DNA of 64,000 bases, taken from Octopus vulgaris. Its lineage: Eukaryota. Positions 1-13,056 of the stretch are shown piece after piece. Where the stretch lies: assembly GCA_951406725.2 (NCBI GenBank), contig OX597815.1, positions 114,390,001 to 114,454,000 on the forward strand, read 5' to 3'. The notes under the pieces were generated by a model, which was given only the letters and a program-made list of their open reading frames with translations, searched no databases and was not told the origin of the DNA. The translations under genes were made by a program, and so were the position numbers. Position 1 is the first letter of the stretch, and the number at the start of each line of letters is the position of its first letter.

Positions 1-340
1 CTTCTTTTGATTAAGCTTTTCGTGAGTTCCCACCTAAAATAGCATATAGCCGTTCTCTACAAACTTATTAAACTCTTCTTGCTTCGTTGTTTTTATTGCT
101 TCCCTTTCTTCTTCGTAGTACTCGGTGTATTTACGAATTAGAATTATCAATTTCGTTATCAATTACTTTCTATTAATGCTTGACAAACTCGAGAAGAAAA
201 GAAAAAAATTGTGCATTAATCGCACTCGATATTTAGAAAATAATTTTATCTACTCTACATAAATGTTGAATTCTTTAATTTGACTTGAAATTTTGCTTGT
301 TTTCACGAAGAATCAAACTTTAATTCTCTCATGCGTAGCT

Positions 341-564
341 CTTTTATCTTTTACTTGTTTCAGTCATTTAACTGTGGTCATGCTAGGGCACAGGCTTGTA
401 GGTTTTTGGGCCGAACAAATCCACTCCAATCCATTTATTTCTTTTCTAAAGTCTAATACGTATTCTATCATCTCTTTTGATGAGCCGTTAAATTTCGGAG
501 AGGTAAATAAACGAACCTCAGTTGTCAAGAAGTGGTGGGAGATAAACACAAGGACATTCAGATT

Positions 565-638
<74 letters not shown>

Positions 639-760
639 TCACACGTTTACAGTTACTGTCTACCAAATCCACTCACAGGGCCCTGGCTGAACCGGGGATA
701 TAGTAGGAGACACCTGTCCAAGGACCTACGCAACGGACATGTAAACTTTCTTGCTCTACG
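341..760 (-). mobile_element. SINE family A, degenerate copy with central (CA)/(TA)/(TG) microsatellite
   Basis: Starts with ttttacttgtttcagtcattt and contains gtctaccaaatccactcaca; both are shared with the better copies at 12398-12852 and 59201-59698. Confidence 0.8.
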
Positions 761-1030
761 CGTTTACAGATATTGTCTGTTGAGAAAAAGGAGGTAGTGT
801 TTATGGTAACATTTTGAATATGCAAATAAAGCTTCTATTTCATTATGCCGGCCACCGTCTAATTATGTTGACTAATGAGCCATTTATTATTGGTTGCATC
901 AAGTTATACCGATATAATGTAGGATAAATATACTATTAACAATAGCCCTAGGATAGAATTTATAAACATTTAATACGCATAGCGATGCATCAAACCGTTA
1001 TAAATTCCATCGTAGGGTCTATATATATAC

Positions 1031-1068
<38 letters not shown>

Positions 1069-1074
1069 AGATTC

Positions 1075-1232
1075 CATGGGTTTCCACAGTTTCTATTTTC
1101 GTCTGCGATACTCTGGCTGCACAGTAGTGGCCGACTCGAAACTGTGATAGAATACAACATATTGCCCAAGTTACTATGCAGTAGGATCGAACTTGGAACA
1201 ACGTGGTTGTGAAGCGAATTTCTTAACCACAC
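1075..1232 (-). mobile_element. SINE family A head/body fragment, diverged
   Basis: ttgcccaagttactatgcagtaggatcgaacttggaacaacgtggttg...cttaaccacac aligns by eye to the family A head (reverse complement). Confidence 0.6.
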
Positions 1233-1646
1233 ATTTCATTTAGCAGAGCAGAACAAAAGCAAACACGAAAAGCACTACACTATTTTCGCAACTATGTTTT
1301 GACAATAATCATTTTTCCATGGGAATTTTACCATCATGTACATTTGCACACATTCAGTACAAACTATTGAAGGTAACAATGGAATATTTGTCCTTGGTTT
1401 TGTTATTTCCTTTTCAAATTGAAATTCATGTGTTTTATTCCATCTATTTTTATGCAGTCTTGAAAATTACGACGCCTATTTAAATAAAAGCCAGAACAAA
1501 AACACAAAAAATATTAACAGTAGCAGCAACAGTTTTATAACGTGGTTTCTGTGTATGTCACCTTAGTGTCATACACAGTGTGATATATATAGTACCACGG
1601 AACGGGGTAGACACTGACTGCCTCCACTTGATGTATTCCCAAATAA

Positions 1647-1885
1647 GGAGGCGCAATGGCCCAGTGGTTAGGGCAGCGGACTCGCGGTCATAGGATCGCG
1701 GTTTCGATTCCCAGACCGGGCGTTGTGAGTGTTTATTGAGCGAAAACACCTAAAGCTCCACGAGGCTCCGGCAGGGGATGGTGGTGATCCCTGCTGTACT
1801 CTTTCACCACAACTTTCTCTCACTCTTACTTCCTGTTTCTTTTGTACCTGCATTTCAAAGGGCCGGCCTTGTCACTCTCTGTGAC
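1647..1885 (+). mobile_element. tRNA(Arg)-like SINE, body X + tail P, 3'-truncated
   Basis: Pol III A box tggcccagtgg, B box ggtttcgattccc, TCG at the anticodon position. Body matches 16790-17043; tail start matches the element at 34815-35113. Confidence 0.8.
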
Positions 1886-3780
1886 AAGGTCCATAATATC
1901 AAGGTCCATAATAGGCCAAAACACGTAACTCCTCACTACTGATTCCATTCTTGAAATCCCTAGGTGTCCCATATGAAATTCACTTAATACATGTTTTTGT
2001 AGTGCGGCTGGAACTACAACTCTTTGTGCGTACATCAACATATTATCGCACAGAGAGAAATGGTTCGCATTTGTGTTACGTATATTTTTATTTTCGTTTA
2101 CCTTCAACGTTTCTTTCACCTTTGCAATGAATTTGTCATTCTTCGATTTTAATCTTATATCTTGAACAGTTACTGGCAGCTCCCGAATGAGGTTACAAAA
2201 AATGTTTTTTATTTCATTTTCTTCTCGCAATGCGGCAATCACAGATCTTCGAATACTTCCGTATTTTTTTTAAAAATTAGCCTTGATAAACAATCCTCAT
2301 GGCCTAATCTCTTGGATGGTATATACTCCATTTTAAAGTCGTAATTCAACAATATCGTACCCAAGCATTGTAACCTATTTGCAGTATGGGTAGGAATTCC
2401 TTTCTTCGACCCCAAAATTGATAATAATGGTCAGTGATCAGTTTGTAGTCGAAAACTTCTGCCGTGCAAAAATCTGTGAAATTTCTTCACGGCAAAAATG
2501 ATCGCTAAAGATTCTTTCTCTATTTGACTATATCCTTTTTTCTCTACTGCTATCAGAGACCATGAGGCATGACCCACTGCCTTCATATTACCGTCTTTAT
2601 ATTTGTATAACATTACAGCTCTTCTGTCGTATTCAGAAGCGTCAGAAGCTACAACAATCTTCGCTGCAGGATTGAAATGAGCCAACGACAAATCCGGTAT
2701 TAATATTTTTTTAATATCGTCAAACAACTTTTGACAATTGTTTGACCAATTCCACTTCACATCCATATGTAGCAATTCATTTAGTTGGCTCTCAATTCAT
2801 GCATATTTGGGATATAAATTTGATAATAATTCGCTAGTCCTAGAAAAACTTGTACGGTCGTTATATTAGTCGGAGGAGGCATATTCAGTCTTAGTATACA
2901 AACTTAATTTATCCAACAACACTTCAGGAAAAACATTTAAAAATTTTTTCTTCGATCCATCTGACGCCTTATTCTTACTGGAGGAACAATCATTTATGTT
3001 TTTACAGAAGAGATTTATGGGGAGGCCCCATAAATCAAACAACTTCATCCAGTCAGTACCTAACAAGTTTGTTGCATTTTTTAACACAAACAATTTTGCT
3101 TTACAGGTTTTACCCCGAAATGTAATGTTGCTTGCCATTTTGCCTAAGAAGTATAGTTTTTCACCTGTGACGCCTCGCGCACTTTCCGATGTTTTCTTTA
3201 ATGTAGATTTCCCAATTTTCTTCCACGTGTTAGTATCAATAATTGTAACGTCGCTACCTATGTCTAGTTGTAGTTTCACTTTCGCATCATTTATTTTTAC
3301 ATACACGTACTTTTTTGGGGGGTGTCGTCACGACTTTCCGTTGATAGTTACTTTAGATGTATCTTTTTTTTTCGAGCTTTTTTGCTTCGCTATTCAGTGC
3401 GAACTTTTATGTCCTTTTTTATGACAACTAAAACATTTCTGAGTTTTAAATGGATAGTCTTTCTTAAAATATAAGCCTCCACACCCATAGCATGAATTTG
3501 GTCGTAAGATTCTTTTTTCTTTATTTATTCCCAGTCGACATATCAGTACTTGACAGAAATGCTTTTTTTTTCAATTCTCTTTACGTCCTGTCGCAGGTTG
3601 ATAATTCTTTGACATTCCTCTACTACTGCCTGCAGGGTTAAATTCTAGTCTTCCTGTTCTAGTTTTGCAAGGATCCGTGCACATATTCCTGCATCTTTGT
3701 TTCCCGTCAAACATTTAACAAAGATGAGGTATTTAAACAGGTCAGGTGATAATTCCTTCAGTTTAAATTTTTCGCACATT
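1886..3780 (-). mobile_element. Degenerate Ty3/gypsy LTR retrotransposon gag-pol fragment (Zn knuckles, protease, RT C-terminus, RNase H, integrase Zn-binding)
   Basis: CYGCGGL and CFSCHKKGHKSSH knuckles (~3395-3495); LQLDIGSDVTII protease (ORF 2866-3306); FLGLANYY (~2820-2850); VASDASEY and YSQIEKESLAIIFAVKKFH...LQTDH RNase H (2431-2775); HMGHLGISRM...YVFWP integrase (1886-2242). Order PR-RT-RH-INT; stops and frameshifts present. Confidence 0.93.
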
Positions 3781-4479
3781 CTTGGGAAAAAGTGGATTGA
3801 TCAAGATTACGCATAAGCAATTTCGGCTTTATTGGAGCCGTGAAGGATCTTACATCTTTTAGGCTATAATCCCTGATTTTGAGTGACCCTTTATGTTGTT
3901 CTATCAGACACTTTTCTTCTTGTGATTCCTGCTACTTGACCACCAACTCTTTTTCAGTCGGAGCTGTATCTTTCAACTGTATACAGTCAGGGCCACAATT
4001 AGCTTTGAAAAAAATTATTGTTTCTAAGTAAGATAAAGTTCAGACACTGTGTGTGAGCGGCATCTACTTGCAAATGACTTCCATTGGGTTGTTTGTCAGC
4101 TGAGAGGGCTCACTCTCTTCGTTCATTCTTCCTTTTACTAATAATTCACCACATTTCTCCAATATTTACTTTCTTCCTATCGCCATAAGAACATGCTATA
4201 GTGTACTGCTGTCTTGGGATGTCTTGTACTGCTGGAGGAAGCACTCGGTTTCACAATTGTCATCAGCCTCTACGGACACAAAGGACGAAACGATTTTGCT
4301 TGCTTTCATTCCGACAATTTCTGAAGTGGTAACTGGTGGTTCTCTAAAAGCAGCATCCAGGGCTTTCACCTTTGCCACATTATTACTGTTACTGTCTGTG
4401 ATAGCCTCTCTTGCTATTTTTATTTTACATCCGTACTTCCCTCTTTAAGAACTAATCGAAAACGTCGATGACAACTTTC

Positions 4480-5050
4480 TCGAAGAAAAGAGTGACTGTC
4501 TGACTTCAGCTGTTTCGTCATGTCAGTTACACAACCGCTTTCTCCATAGCCACTAGGCAAAGGGGAAAATGCTCCCCCTTCCCAGTTAAAAGAAGCCGGC
4601 GGGGGCAACACTCACAATGATCTAACCGATAGTCGGATAAGTTCTCTAAGTGACAACGATGGTCGACTCCATCCAAAGCTTTCGATTGATCTAAACTGAT
4701 TAGAGCCCCCATAAAATTTACTCAAAATTTTACTCTACGCTGTATCGCATGAAACCGAGACTGTCGTATGGCTATATCTGCAAGGGGTTGCATACATCTG
4801 CGCTGTTTTACAAAACTCCACAAATCAACAATGCTCAGATACTTAACGAATGCATTTAGAAATTTTCGTCGCTCTGCGCACATCACGGGCGAGCCCGGTT
4901 GATGACACTTCCGTACGTACCACTATCAGGTGAAGAATTGCTGGAAGTTAACGCCAGTTTTCCATCTCAAAAACCTTCGTGCCAAAGTAAGCAGCTGATT
5001 CTCTTTAAATTTCATCTGCAGCCTTGTTGCTCTTCCCCGGTACTTATCCT
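4480..5050 (-). mobile_element. Tx1/L1-like LINE reverse transcriptase fragment, heavily decayed
   Basis: GALISLDQSKALDGVDH (ORF 4527-4712) resembles the L1/Tx1 RT motif LDQxKAFDRVxH. Confidence 0.55.
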
Positions 5051-6454
5051 TTTATATAACACTTACATGTTCTACTAAGTTTGTGTTTTACGCTTTCAAC
5101 AAAATTAATTCTGGGATGAAAGCGAAGATACTCGAAATCATTGACAAAATGAAATAAAGTTATAAGAATTTATAAATTTAATCATTAAAAAGAGGTAAGA
5201 GCATTTCCAAATAGAATTTCCACGGTACCACTATTTCGAAATGACTATATGGTTATAAAAGAATTAGTTCGATATTGATTGAAATATAAGGTAGTATTAA
5301 AAGTTGAACTAATGTTGCCTTTTCTTCACTGCATAATTATTTTTCATTAAATCTTTCATATTCACTACACTAGATACGTTAACGCTAACTGAACTGTTTT
5401 TATGTGGATGACTCGTCTGTTAGTAATTAACATCCATGATTTTTTTTAAACACTGCAAGCCTTTCATGTTCGGTGCCCTACCATTTTATACCAGCCCACC
5501 GCCATTTCCAAACAAACAAAAATACTGTAATGAATAAAGAAATAATGAAAGCTTTGATAAATCAAAATAGTTGACATTCTGTAGCAATGTCAACAGTTGA
5601 AGAATTCCTCTATAACTGATTTTTAATAGCTCCCTATTAAATAACCACAAAGTGTTGCGAAACAGAGCAGTATATCATTCTTTCGCCACACCTTAATTCA
5701 GAGAACAGATTTCTGGCTGTTGTTGACATTGCTGTATTTCGCCTAACCAGACCGTCCTAATCAAAGATGTTTCAGTTATTAAAATCGTTTTTGTTTTCAT
5801 GCATCGTGCATCCAATAGCATATTATCTAATGTAGTTAGGAACAATACCAATTAGAAGATGCTGCTGCAATTTCAGGGAAATTTGGTAGTTATTTCTTGC
5901 AGGTCGAACAATCTCTAACACTAAAGAATTTAATGTTGAAAATAAATTTATTTTGAAGAAAAGTCGCACAGTTGATACAAAACATGATATATAATATAAA
6001 TCTTGAAAATATTTTAAATGTAAGTGTACATATACGTTTGTAAATCAGTATACAACATGCTTCTTTTTAACACTAAGCCTGCCATGTTAACAGACGTCGT
6101 GAATGTGGTGTTTTTTTCTTTTTCGTTTTTTCTTGCTTCACTTTTCCTTTTTTCTTTCTTTTTGATAAACTTATAACACAAAACGTTTGTCCTCTATTCC
6201 TTTCTTTGACATATTTATTTAAATTCTGTACATTCTTCTAAAGTTATTTTGTTTCAGATTTCAGCGTTTTTTAAGCCACGTTTTCGCTTGTTTCACGTCA
6301 TGTCTTATAATCTTGTTTTATTTGTGTGATATAAAACATATTACTGGCACAATCAGAGGAGTGGTACTACTGAATTTAAAGTCTTTGGACTTTAAACATG
6401 CCGAAAATACGCGGATTGTGGTTTTCGTGGCTAATGAGAGTTCCATGTTTATTT

Positions 6455-6775
6455 GGTTTCACTGCCAAAAGTTCTGGGTTTGATTTCATTGTGTGACGTT
6501 TTGGGTGATTGTCTTTTACTAAAGCCTCGGGTAGAACTAAGCCATGTTAGTGAATTGGCTATAGAAAATTGTGTGGAAACTCAAGAGATAAACTGTTCCG
6601 TTATTCAAAGGCCTAACTTTGTCACACTGTAACTGTTATTTATTCCAGTTGAGAATTACATTAAAGATACACATGTTTTTGGAATACTCAACCACTTTGC
6701 AAGCTAATTAGATGAGGTCACTCAGTTGATCTAACAACTACATGCTCATAAGTTAATCTTAACGAGAGAGTCCAT
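6455..6775 (+). mobile_element. Old SINE: family A-like body joined to tail P
   Basis: gtcttttactaaagcctcggg and gaaaattgtgtggaaac (A-like body) followed by ttcaaaggcctaactttgtcacac (tail P-like). Confidence 0.5.
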
Positions 6776-7487
6776 TACACAAACACGCGCGCGCGCACAG
6801 ATAGGCAGACAGACACATAGGTAGATAGATAGATATGTTTATGGGTATGTACATATGTATGTGTGTGTGTGCGTGTGTGTGTTGTTCTCACGTGCATCCA
6901 CTCTTGTTTCAGTGCATATTCACCGACTGTGTGTATGCACTTATAAATGAATACATATATGTGTGCGTGCGTGTGAGCATTATTTTGAAACCGTTCTCAA
7001 CATCAATAGTACTAAACGACCAGATTATTCAGTATTATCAAAGCTGTTCATAAACACACAAAACAAGCATCTGCCTTTTGTGAAAGAACGCCATTTTACA
7101 GATTTTACTCTCTCTCTCTCACACACACACACTAAATGTCACTATAGAATACTATTTAGTTTGTTTTATTTCAGTTTGTTTCATTTTATCATTGGAATGT
7201 AAATTATCGTCATAAACAAGTTTTATAATCTCATGAGTTTTTTTTTATTAAGGCAATTGTGTTTTTCAAATTTTTATTTTGGCTGGCTTCTTTTTCGTTT
7301 TATCAAATACATAAAATACTTGCTTATGTGGAGAAAAATGCTTTACAAACAAGACAGCAGTAATCTTTAATGTTTTGACAAAAAGTATAGCAGTAGAGTG
7401 ATAAAATGAACACTACTAGACTAAATGACTTGTGCATTTATAATTATAATTATAATTATATATATATATATATACACTCACACAAAC

Positions 7488-7676
7488 AGGGGTAGCGCGA
7501 AGGGCCTGTTTGGAGGCCCAAACTTCCGAGTTCTTTTACAGGGCTTAGAAAAACCGAAGGACCACCGCAGTAAGTATGTGAATCTGAGAGTGGAATATGT
7601 TGAATAAAATCATAATTAACTGATCCTCCTTCTCTTCTTTTACCCAAAGTCAGAAACTGTTCTGCAGCCCCTCGTG
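7488..7676. mobile_element. Tc1/mariner-type MITE, left end truncated
   Basis: Internal sequence matches 10497-10717 and 35185-35386; right end cagaaactgttctgcagcccctcgtg. Confidence 0.75.
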
Positions 7677-7899
7677 TATATGTGCATACACACATACATA
7701 CATACATACATACAAACGCATACATTTGCATATATACATATTTATGCATATACAAATATATACATATTTACACACGTGCGTATATTTTCCTTCTCCCCCT
7801 CTCTCCCTTTTTTCTGTTTCGTATATATATATACGCGCGCGCGCATATACAAATACATACACATACAAATATATACAATATATTTGTGTATACGTGTAC

Positions 7900-8700
7900 A
7901 TATAAGAAAAGCCTTCAACCATATCTGTCATGCAATTCCTGAGGAAGATTCCTGGTTACGAGCTTCATCCATCTCTCCTCTCTCGAATTAGTAACTTCCT
8001 ATCCGATTGCACCATCGCACAATGGGTTGACGGAGTTCTTTCTGCTCGACTCTCACTCAACTCTGGTTTTCTTCTGGGTTCACTTTCGTTTCTCTCTCTC
8101 TCTCTCTTCTTTTTGAATACCAGTGACTTATTTGTCACCACCTCCAACAACGCCAATATCTATGCAGATTAAACGACCTTTCATTTCTCTTTAATTTTCT
8201 CCAGCCATGTTTCATACACTTGCAAACTAAATAACACACATTAAACCTGCTTTGATTCCATAAAAAGAGACATTGATAGCATTCGTCAGTGGGATCATGC
8301 CAACCTCATCTCTTTTATTCGATTTTACTCATGTTACATAACATCAGTGCAACCCCTTTAAACATGAGCGTCATTCAGCTTGAGCCTTTATGGTCCTTCC
8401 AAATGCTGAGTTACATTATCACCGAAAATTCACTCAAGGCGAAATGTCATCTTTGGTTTAGGTAGAACTGTATACAAAAGACTCCCACTTTCTTCGCAGC
8501 CAAAAGATGCTAACACTTAACGAGCTTCAGGTGAGTCTCAGAGTGGAGTACTTCTCCTACATCTGGGATAGTGCCTCTGCTACACTAACAGATATCCTGA
8601 ACTGCATCCAGAAAAGGGCCACTCGACTCTTCAACATTTAATTTCTTACGAACACGCTGCAGATTCAGACTCACAGGGATGTTGTCTTCTCTATCTGTAG
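7900..8700 (+). mobile_element. Jockey/CR1-group LINE RT fragment, decayed
   Basis: IRKAFNHICH (DxxKAFDxVxH), LLSRISNFLSD..IAQWVDGVLS..LNSG, NIYAD, and later EYFSYIWD; multiple stops and frameshifts. Confidence 0.75.
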
Positions 8701-10496
8701 TGAATTTGGAAGATGAAATTGTGCGCAAGTCTTCAGCACACACACACACACACACACGCACGAGCGCGCGCGCGCACACACGCAAACACACACAAATTAT
8801 ATATATTAGTACTATGTACTATGTGTTTGCTAATTGTTTGAGATGCCTATGAAGTCGCGAGCACACATAGACACACACTTGGGCCCATTCTTGGTCCAGC
8901 AGAATATCCAGGATGTGACAGCTGGAGGGAGTGATGGCGGCACGAACACCTTGGTTGGTACTCATCACAGCTGAGTAGTTTGGAGCAAAGTAAAATGAAG
9001 TACCTTGTGATGTTTAAGGAAGATTTTATTGTTACATCTTGCTTATGTAGAAACTCTCTTTTTGACTTGTTAATTACTACTTGCTGTTTTGTTTTTGTTT
9101 GTCACATGGTAGCCTTGGTCGAGCAGATTTTACGATCACAAGCGTTCCATTCCACATTTTCTAATATCAAGAATTTCAGAATCAAATAAATTCTTATTTT
9201 TTAAGACAGTAAGGTATTGTTTAAGATAAGATTAGCTACTATTTCTTTTGAAATAGTTATAATAGAATGTGCTCCTTCTATACAAAGAAAATATCAACTA
9301 GAGGTCTACTCAAAGGAAACGAATATATGTTTCATCGCCCGCCACAAAGAAAAGCAATTATAACATATTGCATACAAAGCAACATTTCAATCAGATCAAA
9401 GAATATCATACATCTTCTATCACAGCTTTCGATTGCTCAGATTCACGCAATTCCATATTATTATTCCCTAATAAATGCTTACTGTTTCTGATGGAGCAGC
9501 GAATAACTTGCTTAGTTGTTAAAGCACTTAATGCGATTAAAATCTTAGAATCATGACTGACAAAGAGAACATGAAAATCAGACTTGTTTGATGTATATGT
9601 TAAGTTCTCTGGTCCTTGGTAAATTCTGATGTTCCGTAATCTTTATTCAAGAAGCACATTTCTAGTTCCTCTTGGTATATATCTGCTGACCATTCTTCAG
9701 ATTTCATGATCTCAACAGTAGAGATCCACGTTTCCAATATGATACTATACTGTAGTACGAAAAAGTAGTAGATAATTACATAAATGAAGTGTTCAACGGA
9801 GAAGCCAGATAGACATCTTCTCAGATAGAAGTTTGTTAAATGAAACTTTCGTTACATCGACTCACACTAAAACAGAAAAACGACAACAAATCATTTGCGA
9901 AGAGGTATGAGAAACGGAGTTATAATTGCCATCTTTATGAACATCGAAGAGTGAAAAAAACGGTAGCCTGATTGTAGAGGAACGACTGAGAAGCTGGAAG
10001 AGATGTGAGGGGTGATATGAATAACACAAATTAGAAGAAAATACAGTTGATAGTACGAAAGGTAAAAGTGAGCAGAATAATAAACGGAGAGGAGGGATTC
10101 AAAATAGAAGCACAAATACAGCAACAGCAAAGTATGTATATACAATTAATAACGATTGGATAGAATAGCATAAACAAAATTTAGGGAATATAAATATATA
10201 TATACAGAAAGAGTGGATGGTCATGAAAATGGTATATTTACACACACACGCACACATATAAGTATAAACATAAAGACACATTCACATATATGTGCGTTTT
10301 CAATTGACTGGTTTGCGGCCATGCTTGAGCAACACCTTCAACGATTTTAGTCCATTATATGGACACCGATTTTTATTTCAGTCTGGTAATATTTATCCCA
10401 TATTCTAGCTGATTATTGGAGAAAAGAAAACAGCGCTTAAACAAAGACAAAAGCTTTAAAACATCATATATATTTATACACACACACACACACACA

Positions 10497-10717
10497 CACA
10501 AGGGGTACTGAAAAGTTCCCGACTTTAAGGCGTATCACAAAAGGCCTGGTTGGAGGCCCAACCTTCCGAGTTCTTTCACAGAGCTTAGAAAAACCGAAGG
10601 ACTACTACAATAAGTGTGTGAATCTGAGAGTGGACTATGTTGATTAAAATCATAATTAACTGGTTCTCCTGTATTTTCTCTTACCCAAAGCCAGGAACTT
10701 TTCAGCACCAGCTCGTA
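10497..10717. mobile_element. Tc1/mariner-type MITE (~220 bp)
   Basis: Imperfect TIRs aggggtactgaaaagttcccgact / agccaggaacttttcagcaccagctcgta; ends in TA; three copies in the window. Confidence 0.8.
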
Positions 10718-10730
10718 CACACACTCACAA

Positions 10731-10780
<50 letters not shown>

Positions 10781-10864
10781 CGGGCTTTTTAGCGCATTTT
10801 TCTTCTACCAGATTCCACTTAGAAAGCATCGGTATGTATATATAATGAAGGAGAGAATAATATG

Positions 10865-12305
10865 ACCAATCCCTAAAGGAGGAAGCAGAGCAGATGCCAA
10901 AAGCTATAGGTCTATCTCTCTGACTTAGCACATCAGCAAAGTCATGGAATGGAGAGTCAGAGGGAAACTAATCACATTCCTTGAAGAAAACAACTTGCTG
11001 AGTGATATCCAGCAATGGTGTTCGACCAGGTAGGTGCTGCTTGACCCAGCACTATGACTGGGTGTTGACGCAGACACACAACAACTCAAATGTGGACGTA
11101 ATATATCTTGACTTTGCAAAGCTTTTGATAAAGTGGACCATGGTATGATATGCCATAAACTGCGTGATCTTGGCATAGCTGGAAGACTTGGAGAGTGGTT
11201 ACATGACTTTCTGAAAGATAGAAGTCAGGCAGTGGTGGCCATTGGAGCCACCTCAAAGAAAACACAAATAGTGAGCGGTGTCTCACAGAGCACTGCCTTG
11301 GGATAACTACTTTTCATAGTGGCCTACTCAGATATGTTTTCATAGTGACTTTCTCAGATATGCCCTCAGAAAATACAGAACCCCAGCGATGTTGCTCACC
11401 TGCAGCAGGAGTTGGACTCAATTTACATATGGGCTGAGGACAATAATATGTAGTTTAATGCTGAAAAATTCCTAGCCCTGCGCTACCAGCGTCCAAAACT
11501 GAATATAAAACTTACAGGATACACTGGTCCACAGGTGATTACAATCCCAGAGCCTAAATCAGTGAGGGACCTGGGTATCGGCATGAGTGATGATACCTCT
11601 TTCCAAGGGCACATTACCAGGGTGGCGACAAAGTGCAGACGATTGGCTGGCTGGATCCTGAGAACGTTCAGAACCAGAGAGAAAGAAAACATGATGGTCA
11701 TCTGAAGGACATTCGCCCTCAGCCGCCTGGATTACTGCTCCCAGCTATGGTCACCCAACAGTGTAAAATTAACAGCGGACCTTGAAACAATCCAGCGAAA
11801 CTTCACAAAGAAGATCGTCTCGTTGCAACAGCTCAACTACTGGGAAAGGCTGAAACAGTTAAAACTCTACTCCCTGGAGCAAAGGCGGGAGAGGTATGCT
11901 GTAATATACATCTGGAAGATCCTGGAAGGAATTGTGCCAAATTTTGGCATTGAAAGCTACCCCAATGCTAGAACAGGCCGACACTGCACAATCCCACATA
12001 TACCAGCAATGTCATCACGCTTCAGGACCGTTTACTGCAACAGTAACCGGTCCCACAGTTTTAATAATCTCCCAAAGAGTCTGAGGGATCTACACAAAGT
12101 GGATGTAGGTATTTTCAAATAAAAACTGGACCTCTTCTTGTCGAGAGTCTCAGATGAACCTACCCCGCAGCAAGAGGCACATATGAGGATAGCAACATCA
12201 AACTCCCTTATTCACCAAATGTCACACATTAGAGGAGGCTTTCAATAATAACAGTGTAGCAAAACAGCGGTGCCCCAGCATGGCGCAGCCCTGAGCTGAA
12301 ACTAC
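10865..12305 (+). mobile_element. CR1-group LINE, 5'-truncated (RT to 3' end)
   Basis: PIPKGGSRADAKSYRSISL, VDVIYLDFAKAFDKVDHG, SRLDYCSQLWSP, LNYWERLKQLKLYSLEQRRERY; 3' tail gcggtgccccagcatggcgcagccctgagctgaaac. Confidence 0.93.
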
Positions 12306-12397
<92 letters not shown>

Positions 12398-12398
<1 letters not shown>

Positions 12399-12560
12399 GG
12401 CGCAGGAGTGGCTGTGTGGTAAGTAGCTTGTTTACCAACCACATGGTTCCAGGTTCAGTCTCACTGCGTGGCACATTGGGCAAATGTCTTCTGCTATAGC
12501 CTTGGGCCGACCAAAGCCTTGGAAGTGGATTTGGTAGACAGAAACTGAAAGAAGCCCGTC

Positions 12561-12620
<60 letters not shown>

Positions 12621-12852
12621 TTGTGTGTGTATGTGTGGTTATATGTTTGTATGTCTGTGTTTGTCCCCCCAACCACCAACATCGCTTGACAACCGATGCT
12701 GGTGTGTTTATACCCCCGTAACTTAGGGGTGCGGCAAAGAGACTGATAGAATAAGTACTAAGCTTGCAAAGAATAAGTCCTGGCGTCGATTTGCTCGACT
12801 AAAGGCGAAGCTCCAACATGACCGCAGTCAAATGAAGGAAACAAATAAAAGA
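12398..12852 (+). mobile_element. SINE family A, full length
   Basis: Head ggcgcaggagtggctgtgtggtaag with B box ggttcagtc; CORE-like ttgggcaaatgtc; central (TA)n(TG)n; tail ccgcagtcaaatga...aaacaaataaaag. Confidence 0.9.
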
Positions 12853-12921
12853 ATATATATAAATATCATTATTTCTAAATCCTCAAAGAGAGATATTCAG
12901 TAACAGTTCTTTAAAGTAAAG

Positions 12922-13056
12922 GCTATTTGCCAACATAATGTGACTGTCCTGGAAAACAAATATTGTGTCGTACAGCCAGCTGGAAACGACGTTTCCTTGG
13001 GTTAAACAACAGTAACATCGTCCCTTCCAAGACAGCCACATTATGTTGGCAAATAG

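Noticed and set aside
1647-1722. tRNA-Arg-like sequence (and similar SINE heads elsewhere)
   Set aside because: Has A/B boxes but no proper acceptor stem and continues into a SINE body; a SINE head, not a tRNA gene.
2996-3424. 142-aa plus-strand ORF
   Set aside because: Antisense shadow of the gypsy protease region.
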